Below are positions 37,551-47,039 of a stretch of DNA of 64,000 nucleotides, one piece after another. Every line of letters begins with the position of its first letter. The first letter of the stretch is position 1. The stretch spans positions 102,428-166,427 of the forward strand of contig JAOUEV010000002.1 in assembly GCA_029858565.1 (NCBI GenBank). The letters are read 5' to 3'. A model generated the notes under the pieces. It was not told the DNA's origin, ran no database searches, and saw only the letters and a program-made list of their open reading frames with translations. Source of the stretch: Nitrospirota bacterium. GTDB lineage: Bacteria > Nitrospirota > UBA9217. A program made the translations under genes and the position numbers.

Positions 37551-38819
37551 CTAGCGATGGGGCGTATAGAACTCGGCAAGCGGCTTCATCCACGCATGGT
37601 CGAGCGCCTGGAACGTGGACATCGGATACATGATTGCCGAGAGCGCGAGAACGAACGCCAGGTACACGATGACCGTCCTGGCCGAAAGGGCTCTCCGTTC
37701 CAGGAGCGCGTCAACAGCATAGGACGACAGCGTGAACGCGAACACCAGCAGCGGCGTCGCGATGAAGACCCAGATGGAGCGGGTGGTCAGCAGGAGCGGG
37801 AGATAGGAGGCAAAGAATATGGCGAGCACATACCCGAGCTCGAACGTCCTGCTGCGGAGCCATTCTCTGACGGCAAAAAAGAGGGCGGGAAGCGTCAGCA
37901 CCCACGCAAGGAGATTGCCCATCGCGATGCTCAGGTACGCCTTGCCCTGGTGGAACACGAAATCCACCCAGGCAACAGGCCAGAGGAACCATTGGTAGGC
38001 CCGGTGCGAGAGGATGTCCTCGGTATAGGGCGTGCCCTTCCAGAAGTACTGGTGCTTGACGAGCCAGGCCTGCAGGCCGGCGAAATCCCCGAGCGAATAC
38101 CCCCGCTGGAGCCAGGGGAGGTAAAGGGCCGTATAGATGGCAACAGGAACGACGAGGTAGGCGGAGAAGGCCGTCAGCAGCCGTTTCCCCGGCTGCCGCT
38201 GTTCTGCGCGGTCCCTGCACAGCCAGGGATAGAGCAGATAGGAGGCCGCGGAAACGGCCCAGGGGAAGAGGCCGTTCCACTTCGACGCGGATGCGATGCC
38301 GTACAGCGCCCCGGAAAGATAGCAGAGAAGCACATTATCCTTTCTGATGGCGTGAAGCGAGGCGAGGGTCCCTGCGACGATGAAGAAGGAGGTGGTCGTT
38401 TCCTGAAAGGCCACCCGCGAAAGATAGATGTGGAGAGGGTCGACAGCGAGAAAGAAGGCGGCGATATAGGCGGCGGTCCGCTTTCCGAAGAGGCCGTGGA
38501 CCAGGTATCCCAGCAGCAGGACCGCGGCGCTCCCGAAGAGCAGGCTGCCGCCCCGCAGGCCCCATGCACTGTATCCGCCGAAGAGCTTGCCCGCGGTCAG
38601 GATGACGATGTTCCGCAGGGGCGGATGGTACCACATCACCTGGCCGAACAGCCCGCTGGTCACATAGTTCAGGGCCGCGGACGCCGTGCCGACCTCGTCA
38701 TCGGTCGGCGGCTGCGCAGGGAGCCCGTAGGCGCGCACGAAGAGTGCCAGGGCGAAGATCCCCCACAGTACGGCATGATGGTTGCCCCACAGTCGCCTCA
38801 TCATCCGCGACTGCTCCAT
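37551..38819 (-). CDS. GT-C glycosyltransferase family 39, PMT-like (second copy)
   Basis: DDEVGTASAALNY...WYHPPLRNIVILTAGKLFGGYSAWGLRGGSLLFGSAAVLLLGYLVHGLF, the same loop-1 signature as the copy at 25110. 422 aa, polytopic. Confidence 0.75.
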   Translation of the reverse strand: MEQSRMMRRLWGNHHAVLWGIFALALFVRAYGLPAQPPTDDEVGTASAALNYVTSGLFGQVMWYHPPLRNIVILTAGKLFGGYSAWGLRGGSLLFGSAAVLLLGYLVHGLFGKRTAAYIAAFFLAVDPLHIYLSRVAFQETTTSFFIVAGTLASLHAIRKDNVLLCYLSGALYGIASASKWNGLFPWAVSAASYLLYPWLCRDRAEQRQPGKRLLTAFSAYLVVPVAIYTALYLPWLQRGYSLGDFAGLQAWLVKHQYFWKGTPYTEDILSHRAYQWFLWPVAWVDFVFHQGKAYLSIAMGNLLAWVLTLPALFFAVREWLRSRTFELGYVLAIFFASYLPLLLTTRSIWVFIATPLLVFAFTLSSYAVDALLERRALSARTVIVYLAFVLALSAIMYPMSTFQALDHAWMKPLAEFYTPHR

Positions 38820-39508
38820 GCTTTTTCGAATTGCCGGAGACGCTTCCGGTCCCCGTCGACGACCTCCGGTTCATCGCGGCTTCCCGAGACCACGATCAGC
38901 CGGATGTCGGGACACTTCTCGCGAAGCCCGGCGAGCACCCTTCCGGGGTCCTCGCCGAACCCGAAGTACCCTGCATCGACGTTCACGATGACCGGCTCGC
39001 GGATCGCCGGCATGGCGTCGAGCGTTGTTACCGTCAGGGGCATGTCGTGGGTGTATCCCCGGACGATCTCCCCGGACACGGAAAAGGCGAAATCGCCTTC
39101 GAACTGGACGAGGCGCTCCCGCAGCACCGGCGCCGGAAGGACCACGGTAACCGTTCGCACCATTCCCGTGCGGTTCGCGATGAACAGCCAGTTATGGCTG
39201 TCGAGGCCCTTCTCGTAGAGCGGCCGCACGTCCCCCACCCTGACCGGGAAGGGCATGGTGACGTTCTCCTCGCGGGGAAGGTAGTCCACCAGGTTCAGGA
39301 AACGGTTGAGGTGCACCACCCGCGCGCCCCAGAGGCCGCTCCGCTGGTAGACCACGTAGATGTCCTTCTGCGAATCGACACGGACCATCAACGGTCCCTG
39401 TGCACTCCTGGCCGGGAACACCCGAGCAGCTTTCGCGCTGCCGTCCATCCAGAGGAAAAGAGCGAGGGCGGCGATCACGACCGCGATATGGAAGGTTTGT
39501 CTCGTCAT
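38801..39508 (-). CDS. membrane-anchored protein of the GT39-associated family (member 2)
   Basis: N-terminal TM anchor. Shares REPVIVNVDAGYFGFGEDPG and ...IVVSGS blocks with members 1 and 3. Overlaps the downstream GT39 gene by 19 nt, the same gene order as the first pair. Confidence 0.55.
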   Translation of the reverse strand: MTRQTFHIAVVIAALALFLWMDGSAKAARVFPARSAQGPLMVRVDSQKDIYVVYQRSGLWGARVVHLNRFLNLVDYLPREENVTMPFPVRVGDVRPLYEKGLDSHNWLFIANRTGMVRTVTVVLPAPVLRERLVQFEGDFAFSVSGEIVRGYTHDMPLTVTTLDAMPAIREPVIVNVDAGYFGFGEDPGRVLAGLREKCPDIRLIVVSGSRDEPEVVDGDRKRLRQFEKAWSSRG

Positions 39509-39537
39509 GCCTGTCCGACGGCCCTGTCCGTTCCGAC

Positions 39538-40710
39538 CTAGGGGAGGAGCCGCTCTTTCCTGAGGAATTGGAGGACCTCGCCTGCGATACGGCGGTGGCC
39601 GTCAGCGGTCCAGTGGTGATCGGAACGATCGACGGTGTAGAGGGACAGGCCCTGCCGGCACTGGGTGCGCGAAAAGGGGAGGAGGTCCAGGTAGGGGATC
39701 CGCTCCCTCCGGCTGAAGGCCGACAACGCCGCGCTCAACGCGGAGTTGCGTTCATAGGTGCCTTCCTTGACCCCCTGGAGCTGGACCCTTCCGGAGCGGT
39801 CCTCCTCCTTCTCCGGGATGAACACCAGGACGAAAGCCGCTCCCGACGCCTCCGCGGCCTTCCTGCTCTCCCTGATCAGCCTGAAGGCGATCTCCCGGAC
39901 CTGCTCCGGCGGATTGGTCAGGACCGGGATGTCCCCGATGTCCTGACTATATTCTTCCGCGAGGCCGAGGTTGATCAGCAGCAGCCGTATCTCGGGATTG
40001 CTGTTGAGCCGTCCCATGATGAACTGGTAGGTGTGCGTATGGAACCGCAGGAACTTCTTGACCTTCCCGAAGAGGGTCCGGGGCTTTCCGAAGGTCTTGC
40101 GGTCCGTCTGCTCGCTCCGGGGGACCGGCACGTTCTTGAGGACCAGTTCGCCGCCCTCGAGCATGAAGAGGGGCTTGGGAGAGTAATACTGCACCGAACT
40201 GGCGATCTCGTCGAGGTCGTTCGCTGCGGTGAACCCGAAGAGCACGATGTTTGGCTGAAGCGAGAGCCCCGCGTGCTTGAGCCAGAGGTGCGCCTGGTCG
40301 GTCCCGTAGCCGGTGGTCCCTCCATTCAGGACCTCGACCGCAGGGGGAAGTTCCTTCTGCAGGACCGCGGACAGCACGTTGTCATCGGAAACGCCGTACC
40401 CCCAGAAGAACGAATCCCCGACGAGGAGGATCCTCTTCGTTCCCCGCGGCTTCTCCTTGGTGGTCTCAGGGCCGCGCAGCCCGAGGCTGTTGTGACGAAC
40501 CTGGAAGAAGCGGTCGCGGGCGAACTCGAAATGGACTCCCTCGTCCTTGAGCGGCTTGTTGACCCATCCCATGACCGGGTCGTAGGTCTCGTGGTAGGGC
40601 TGGATCCTGAGCTTGTGCGGGGCGAACAGGGCAAGTGACAGTTCCAGCAGCAGGAAGAACGTCGCGATCGACGTGAAGAGGAGGAGGATGTTGTTCAATC
40701 GGGGTCTCAT
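39538..40710 (-). CDS. membrane-anchored SGNH/GDSL-family hydrolase
   Basis: N-terminal TM helix. Block I LLVGDSFFWGYG. Block V DHHWTADGHRRIA. Confidence 0.75.
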   Translation of the reverse strand: MRPRLNNILLLFTSIATFFLLLELSLALFAPHKLRIQPYHETYDPVMGWVNKPLKDEGVHFEFARDRFFQVRHNSLGLRGPETTKEKPRGTKRILLVGDSFFWGYGVSDDNVLSAVLQKELPPAVEVLNGGTTGYGTDQAHLWLKHAGLSLQPNIVLFGFTAANDLDEIASSVQYYSPKPLFMLEGGELVLKNVPVPRSEQTDRKTFGKPRTLFGKVKKFLRFHTHTYQFIMGRLNSNPEIRLLLINLGLAEEYSQDIGDIPVLTNPPEQVREIAFRLIRESRKAAEASGAAFVLVFIPEKEEDRSGRVQLQGVKEGTYERNSALSAALSAFSRRERIPYLDLLPFSRTQCRQGLSLYTVDRSDHHWTADGHRRIAGEVLQFLRKERLLP

Positions 40711-41119
40711 GTTGTTAGGAACGGGCCGGCAACGAGCCCGGCAGGATGCCGGCCGGCCCGTCCTGGCCGGTGTTCCGCCCCTGTCGGTCTCCTGTTGTCG
40801 CGCACGGTATCAATCTAATGAATGCGCCCCCCCTTGTCAATCGATATTATGCCGCACCGGGCAGCGGTCGGGTAGGCTGATGATGCGGCCGCGGCATGTC
40901 CGGCGAAGACCGCGCAGGAAGCGCCCACCCCTGGTCCGAGCGATGCAACCATGGGCAAAACAGTGATGAAAAGGCAGGGTCGCTATGGTATAATGAACAG
41001 CGTGATGAGAGGATTCAGAGGACCGGTACGCTGATCCGCCTCGCGGGAATCGCAGACAGCTGTTCTCGCCGTCTTCGTCAGCCTTGTCAGCAGGATATCT
41101 GCAGCAATCTACTCGATAA

Positions 41120-42562
41120 ATGATGCATTCAACAGTACAATCGAAACAGCAGGCCATCCTGCCGGTGGTTCTGCTGGTCATGTTCCTCTCCGGCGCCTGT
41201 ACGCAGCGACCTGCAGGGACAGAACCCCTGCGCCTGCTCGGGACCGATCCCCTCACCGCAGTGTCCGTGACCGGGTACCACGAGGTCCTTGTAACCTGGA
41301 TGCAAAGGGGCCTTCGGAACATGACGGCGGTCCATGCGGGGCCGAAGGACGGACTTGCATTCGTCCCGCCTGCCCGGGTGAAGACGATCAAGGATCTCCT
41401 GCAGAACGGGGGCTCCGGCACGGATGTCGGGGACCTGGTCACTGCCGACAACTATCTGTTCCTGGCCCAGCGCCTCGGTCTGATACGCCGCGTCTTCTGG
41501 GTCATTCCCTACCACCATGTCGACTATATCAATGCAGAACTGCGCGTCCAGGCCTTTCTCCGCAACGAGACATCCCATTTCAGTCCGCAGGATGTGGGCT
41601 CCATGCGGTTCCGGAACGGTTGCGTCTCCGGGACCCTTGCCGGCATCGAGGTGCATGTCTGCAGTCCGACGACTCTGCCGCGCCTCGCAGAACCGGCCGT
41701 TGTCACGATCGATCCCGGGTTCTTTCCGCTCTATGCGGCGAACCGGGGCCCGAGCGGTCTCGGCGCGACGAAGGAGTTCTTCGACCTCATGGCAATTAAG
41801 CGGATCGGCACCCGGGCAGTGTCGGTCGCCGCTTCCCCGGAGTTCCAGGGGATGCGGGGGTATCTGTCAGAAGAGATCGTCAGCATCCTGAAGGACCCGG
41901 AAATCCTCCAGAGCACGCAGCCGCCTGACCTCTGGGCCCTCCGTGAGCAGGCTGACGGGATGCTGACGCGCGGGGACGTGAAGGAGGCGGCCGGGCATCT
42001 GGAAAAGCATGGTGCTGCGTTTCCCGCCGATCCCTATTTGCATCTGATGCGGTGGACGGCCCAGGCCCTTCTGTCGAAGAGGGCGTCGGCGCTCAATGCG
42101 CTGACGGCTCTCTGCGTGAAGGATCCCGTGCTGTGCAGCGGCATCGTCGATGCCGGCGTCCTGCTCCGGGAACAGGGCGACCTGGCCGGAGCGGAGGAAT
42201 TCCTGAGGAAAGCGGTCTCCCTGCAGCAGCTGCGTCCCGGCCGCGCGCGACGGGAGTACGCGGTCACCCTCTACCAGGCAGGAAAGTATGCCGATGCGCA
42301 GCGGGAGGCGTCACCCCTGGTTGCCGATCCGGCATACACCGTCGCGGGCGGTCTGCTGCTGGGAGATTGCGCGTACGCATTGCAGCAGAACGACGAGGCC
42401 GTGCGCCGGTACGAAGGAGCGCTCAGTTCCTACCGGGAGGCCGGAGGATACCGACTGAGCAAACGGGAGCAGGAAAGCATCAGCAGGCTGAAGTCGCTCT
42501 ATCAGCGGAGGAACGACAAGCGCGGCCTGCGGACCCTGGAGGGAACACCTGCCTTTGAATAG
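41120..42562 (+). CDS. putative lipoprotein: GT39-associated-family domain fused to C-terminal TPR repeats (member 3)
   Basis: Lipobox-like FLSGAC. N-terminal domain shares RRV...VDY, EPAVVTIDPGFF and VSVAAS blocks with members 1 and 2. C-terminal TPR-like repeats (AEEFLRKAVSLQQ..., YEGALSSYREAG). Confidence 0.6.
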   Translation: MMHSTVQSKQQAILPVVLLVMFLSGACTQRPAGTEPLRLLGTDPLTAVSVTGYHEVLVTWMQRGLRNMTAVHAGPKDGLAFVPPARVKTIKDLLQNGGSGTDVGDLVTADNYLFLAQRLGLIRRVFWVIPYHHVDYINAELRVQAFLRNETSHFSPQDVGSMRFRNGCVSGTLAGIEVHVCSPTTLPRLAEPAVVTIDPGFFPLYAANRGPSGLGATKEFFDLMAIKRIGTRAVSVAASPEFQGMRGYLSEEIVSILKDPEILQSTQPPDLWALREQADGMLTRGDVKEAAGHLEKHGAAFPADPYLHLMRWTAQALLSKRASALNALTALCVKDPVLCSGIVDAGVLLREQGDLAGAEEFLRKAVSLQQLRPGRARREYAVTLYQAGKYADAQREASPLVADPAYTVAGGLLLGDCAYALQQNDEAVRRYEGALSSYREAGGYRLSKREQESISRLKSLYQRRNDKRGLRTLEGTPAFE

Positions 42563-44036
42563 CGAACTCGAAAAGGGGACGCCCGCCGCGCCCCGCTCTT
42601 TCCGGGAGGTTGCCGAAGGGATCTATCGTTCCTTCCGGCGGCCGCGGGTAACGGTCATCATCATTTCGGCGCTGCTTGCGCTGTTCCTCTCCGGGCTGCT
42701 CATTCCCCAGAAAACGCTCTTCACATCACGGGAACAGTTCGAGCAGTGGAACGCGGACCATCCGCTCCTGTCGCTGGTGATCACTGGCCTCAAGCTCAAT
42801 GAGATCTATGTTGCGCCGGTCACCGTGGTCTTCCTGGCGCTCTTTTTCCTGAACCTCCTGGCGGTCCTTGCGCACCGGGTCCCCCATGTGCTCAGGCGGG
42901 CATATGTCATCGACCGGCGCAGCGCCGTCGAAGGCCTTGAGAAGGTGAAGAACGACCCACAGGCGCACACCATCGTCCTGCGCGGGACAACGCAGGGTGC
43001 GGCGGGGGTGGCCGCAGGACAGGCTGCTTCGTTCTTCCGGAAGCGGTTCTGGTCCGTGATGACCGCTGATGACGGCCGTTCGTTCATCGCCGTCCGGAAC
43101 CGTCTGTCCCCGTTGGGATTCCTGCTGTTCCATGTCAGTTTTTTTCTGTGTCTTGCCGGCGGGCTTCTCGTGATGTACACGCGGTTTTCCGGCAACCTGC
43201 TGCTGACCGAGGGGGAGGAATTCCAGTCGAACATCGCGCAGTTCCGGAAGATCAGCCGGGAGCCGAAGATATTCCATGCGCTTCCGGAGCTCAGGATCGC
43301 CTTGCGCAAGGTGTTCCCCACGTATGAAGGCAGCACCGGAACGGACCTGAAGGTCTCGATGCAGATACAGTATTTCAAGGAAGCCTTCGAAGCGGTCAGC
43401 AGGATCAATGAGCCGATCAGAAAAGGGGCGATCTCGATCCTGCCGGAGAACATCGGGATCTCGCCCCTCTTTGTCCTGCACGGGCCGGGCGGGGCCGAGG
43501 CGTCGGGGGGCTATTTCATCCTGAACGTGTTGAAGGGCGAGGAGGACTCGTTCCAGTTTCCCGACCTTCCCTATACCGTCTTTGTGCGGTTCTACCCGGA
43601 TTTTACCGAAGAGGCAGGCAAGCCGGTCAGCAGGTCACTGGACATAAGAAATCCGGTCTTCCATATCCGGGTGCAGGAGGGGGAGCGGACGCTTGCCGAG
43701 GGCTATCGGAGGCCCGGAGAGGGGATCCGGTTCGGAGCGCATGAGCTCTCCTGCAGCGAGATCCGGTACTGGGTCGACCTGCTCGTGGTGCGCGAGTACG
43801 GGGACACGCCGATCGCGGTGGGATTCATCCTCGGGGCCGTGGGCCTGATCATGCGGCTCATCTTTTACCAGAAGACCGTTCGCGTGCACATCGAGGAACT
43901 CGATGATGCGACCGTCCTGTACGTCGGCGGAAACGGTGAATACTATCAGCATACGTTCCGGGAGGAACTGGAGCGATTGGCCGCAGCCTTGACCAATGCT
44001 CTCCAGCAGACCCGGGAGGGGGGGACGGCACTATGA
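42555..44036 (+). CDS. resB: cytochrome c biogenesis protein ResB/Ccs1 (system II)
   Basis: TTG start per the ORF track. N-terminal TM then a large periplasmic domain. C-terminus YWVDLLVVREYGDTPIAVGFILGAVGLIMRLIFY. Directly followed, with a 4-nt overlap, by CcsA. Confidence 0.75.
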   Translation: MNSELEKGTPAAPRSFREVAEGIYRSFRRPRVTVIIISALLALFLSGLLIPQKTLFTSREQFEQWNADHPLLSLVITGLKLNEIYVAPVTVVFLALFFLNLLAVLAHRVPHVLRRAYVIDRRSAVEGLEKVKNDPQAHTIVLRGTTQGAAGVAAGQAASFFRKRFWSVMTADDGRSFIAVRNRLSPLGFLLFHVSFFLCLAGGLLVMYTRFSGNLLLTEGEEFQSNIAQFRKISREPKIFHALPELRIALRKVFPTYEGSTGTDLKVSMQIQYFKEAFEAVSRINEPIRKGAISILPENIGISPLFVLHGPGGAEASGGYFILNVLKGEEDSFQFPDLPYTVFVRFYPDFTEEAGKPVSRSLDIRNPVFHIRVQEGERTLAEGYRRPGEGIRFGAHELSCSEIRYWVDLLVVREYGDTPIAVGFILGAVGLIMRLIFYQKTVRVHIEELDDATVLYVGGNGEYYQHTFREELERLAAALTNALQQTREGGTAL

Positions 44037-44872
44037 GCTGGATCGAACCGATTCTTGCGTGGGGGATCATCTATCTGTATGCCATATGTTCGATCCTGCT
44101 GCTGACGGCGTTCGTCTTTGAGAAGGACCGCCTCCTCAGGCTGGTCCCCTACATCCTGGTCCCCGCGTTCGTTGCCCATACCGCGGTCTTCGTCGCGCGC
44201 TGGGTGCGGACCGGCTACTTCCCGGCGAACGGGGAGTTCGAGAACGCGATCAGCGGCGGCTGGTTCACCATCCTGTTGACCCTCGGCCTCTTCTTCCGGA
44301 AGAAGGAGCTCTCGGGCGTATCCCTCATCACGGTCCCGGTGACCCTGCTGTTTCTCGGCTACGGGATCATGAAGAATCCCGCGGCCCTTCCCCATGCTGC
44401 CACGCTGAAAAGCTCCTGGCTCGTCATTCACGTGCTCTTTGCGCAGCTTGCATTCGGGGCGTACCTGATCGCATCCGGCTTCGGCGTGGTGTACCTCCTC
44501 AAGGAGAGCAAGACGCGAACGGGAGGGACCTCGCCGATCTATGACAAGCTGCCACAGCTTACGGTCATCGAGGAGCTCATGTTCAAGTTCGTGATCTACG
44601 GATTCATCGCTGACGCGATCATGATCGCCGCGGGAACGATCTGGGCAAAGGACCTCTGGGGCAGCTACTGGAGCTGGGACCCCGTCGAGGTCTGGTCACT
44701 GGCCTCGTGGCTCATCTACGGGCTCTCGATCCACCTGAAGGTGCAGATGGGCTGGCGGGGCCGCCGGCTGGCTTGGGTCTACGTGTTCGCGGTCCTCGGT
44801 ATCATCATTACCTACTGGGGCGTGGACCTGTTCGTGAAGAACACCCAGCATGTCTTCGGTGTTCAGTCGTGA
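44033..44872 (+). CDS. ccsA: cytochrome c assembly protein CcsA/ResC (system II heme lyase subunit)
   Basis: Tryptophan-rich WWD motif WAKDLWGSYWSWDPVEVWSL. Multiple TM helices, conserved His residues. 279 aa. Confidence 0.85.
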   Translation: MSWIEPILAWGIIYLYAICSILLLTAFVFEKDRLLRLVPYILVPAFVAHTAVFVARWVRTGYFPANGEFENAISGGWFTILLTLGLFFRKKELSGVSLITVPVTLLFLGYGIMKNPAALPHAATLKSSWLVIHVLFAQLAFGAYLIASGFGVVYLLKESKTRTGGTSPIYDKLPQLTVIEELMFKFVIYGFIADAIMIAAGTIWAKDLWGSYWSWDPVEVWSLASWLIYGLSIHLKVQMGWRGRRLAWVYVFAVLGIIITYWGVDLFVKNTQHVFGVQS

Positions 44873-44942
44873 ACGCGGGGGGGCTGCGGCGGATCACCAC
44901 GACGGACCGGCCGGGACGCGGCACGCGGGAGAAAGGGGTCTG

Positions 44943-46907
44943 ATGCTGCGGCTGGCAATGGATAGGAACCTGCACCGCCTTGCCCTCGTCATGCTCTTCA
45001 TGGTGATCGGTCTCGCCCTGTACGGGCAGGTCATCCTGCACGGTGAGTTCCTGTTCGACGATTTCGAGTATATTGTCAACAATCCGATGATCGCCGATGT
45101 CCTTTCGCGCGGCAGCATGAGCGATCCGCGGTACGTCGGGTATCTCAGTTTCTCGCTCAATCATGCCGTTGCCGGCGAGGACCCCGTGGGGTTTCACCTG
45201 TTCAACGTCCTGGTGCACATAGCCAACAGCCTGCTGGTCTTTGCCGTGGCCGGCCAGTTGTTCAACATCCTCAGCGGGTTTGCCGTACCCACGCGGATGA
45301 CCCGTCAGGCAGCGTTTCTGGCAGCCCTCTTGTTCCTCGTCCATCCGGTGCAGACACAGGCGGTTTCCTACATCACCCAGCGATTTACCTCGCTTGCGAC
45401 GTTCTTCTACCTCCTGACAACGTGGCTGTATCTGAGCGCCCGCATTCGCCTTGAGCGGTACGAAGGTTCCGGAAGGGCACATGCTTTCTATGCGCTGTCG
45501 GTCCTCAGCGCCGTGCTGGCCATGAAGACCAAGGAGATCGCCTTCACGATCCCCTTCATGCTTCTGCTCTTCGAGGCATTGGTGCTGAATCCGTCGAAGC
45601 TCCACCACCGGAAGCGGTTTCTCTATCTTGCCCCCTTTGCCGCAGCATGTCTCATCATCCCGCTCTCGCTCCTCGGTCCGGACCTGGGGATCAGCAGGCC
45701 GGACGACGGCATCGCCGAGGTCACGCGGGCGGCGAAACTCCATGATCTGACCAGCTATCCAGTGCTTCCGTACTTTTTCACGCAGATCCGCGTTGTCGTC
45801 GTATATATTAGGACACTCCTCCTGCCCGTCGGGCTCCGTGCGGTGTATGATCTCCCGATCTCCTATACCTTCTGGGACGCCAGGGTCATCGCGTCCTGCA
45901 TGCTGCTCCTGACGCTTGCCGGCGGCGCGTTCTTCCTGTGGAGGAAAGGCTCCGCTGCCGGAAAGGGGGGTGAGTCATCGCTGGCCGCCCGGATGATCGC
46001 GCTTGGCATCTTCTGGTTCTTCATCGCCCTTTCGGTGGAGTCATCGGTCATCCCGATCAAGGACATCATCTTTGAGCATCGCATCTACCTGCCCAGCGTC
46101 GGATTCCTCATGGCCGGCGCCACCCTGCTCAGCCATATGAGCGAACGGCTCCTCCGGTCACGGGGACGCCTCCTGACGGTCGGGGCGCCGGTCGTGCTCC
46201 TGGCGGTGCCGCTGGCGACAGGGACGTACGTGAGGAACGAGGTCTGGACCGATGAACTGAAGCTGTGGCAGGATGTTGTGCAGAAGTCACCGGCGAAGGC
46301 CATCGGCTACAACAATCGCGGCGTCTCGTATGCAAAGCGGGGTGCGTTCGAATCGGCCCTGGAGGACCTCACGAAGGCCATCAGTTTCTATCCAAAGAAC
46401 ATCAATGAGCGGGCGAAATGGGAGAATGCGGACCTGAATGCCGAGAACCTGGCCCGGGTCCTAAGCTCCCGGGGAGACGTCAACATCGCCCTTGGCAACT
46501 ATGAACAGGCGCGGGAAGACTTCCGGAAGGCGAAGCAACTTGCCTCCATGCCTGTTGACGTGGACTCCCTGCTCAGGCTCGCCGACGGGTATGCAAAACG
46601 CGGGGCGTATAAGCACGCGATCGAGGAATATAATAAGATCCTGCAGTGGAACCCGGAACATATCGAATCGCTGAACGACCGGGCAAATGCCTATTCCTAT
46701 CTCGGACGCTACGATGAAGCGGTCAATGACTTCACGAGGATCATTGCCCTTGACCCGGACTTTATCCTTGCCTATCATAACCGGGGCATTGCGCTGTCAT
46801 GGACCGGAAAGAGCGAACGGGCGATCCGGGATTTCGAGCACGCGTGCACGAGGGGGTTTCGCCCGTCCTGCGAGAGCATTGAGGTTGCGCGTCAGGGCGG
46901 CAGGTAG
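44943..46907 (+). CDS. TMTC-like GT-C protein: DUF1736-type membrane domain + C-terminal TPR repeats (paralogue 1)
   Basis: Start at Met32 of the listed ORF. N-terminal signature GEFLFDDFEYIVNNPMI...YVGYLSFSLNHAVAG...GFHLFNVLVHIANSLLVF, typical of DUF1736/TMTC. TPR repeats in the last ~250 aa (AIGYNNRGVSYAKRGAFESALEDLTKAI). Confidence 0.7.
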   Translation: MLRLAMDRNLHRLALVMLFMVIGLALYGQVILHGEFLFDDFEYIVNNPMIADVLSRGSMSDPRYVGYLSFSLNHAVAGEDPVGFHLFNVLVHIANSLLVFAVAGQLFNILSGFAVPTRMTRQAAFLAALLFLVHPVQTQAVSYITQRFTSLATFFYLLTTWLYLSARIRLERYEGSGRAHAFYALSVLSAVLAMKTKEIAFTIPFMLLLFEALVLNPSKLHHRKRFLYLAPFAAACLIIPLSLLGPDLGISRPDDGIAEVTRAAKLHDLTSYPVLPYFFTQIRVVVVYIRTLLLPVGLRAVYDLPISYTFWDARVIASCMLLLTLAGGAFFLWRKGSAAGKGGESSLAARMIALGIFWFFIALSVESSVIPIKDIIFEHRIYLPSVGFLMAGATLLSHMSERLLRSRGRLLTVGAPVVLLAVPLATGTYVRNEVWTDELKLWQDVVQKSPAKAIGYNNRGVSYAKRGAFESALEDLTKAISFYPKNINERAKWENADLNAENLARVLSSRGDVNIALGNYEQAREDFRKAKQLASMPVDVDSLLRLADGYAKRGAYKHAIEEYNKILQWNPEHIESLNDRANAYSYLGRYDEAVNDFTRIIALDPDFILAYHNRGIALSWTGKSERAIRDFEHACTRGFRPSCESIEVARQGGR

Positions 46908-47039
46908 AGGGCTTTAATAGATTGCGGGGGCCACCAGGGCCTGGACGGCCTTTACCACGGCCTCCAGACGTGACCGGAGGCGATCTCGTCGCGTCGCATC
47001 CCTCGGAGATGCGGCCGGGAAGGAATTGGGAAGACGCAC

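Noticed and set aside
37176-39218. 680-aa plus-strand ORF rich in Glu/Arg/Gly overlapping GT39 copy 2 and its partner gene
   Set aside because: No motifs and extreme charge bias. The opposite strand encodes two well-supported membrane proteins with operon-like overlap. Judged a spurious high-GC antisense ORF.
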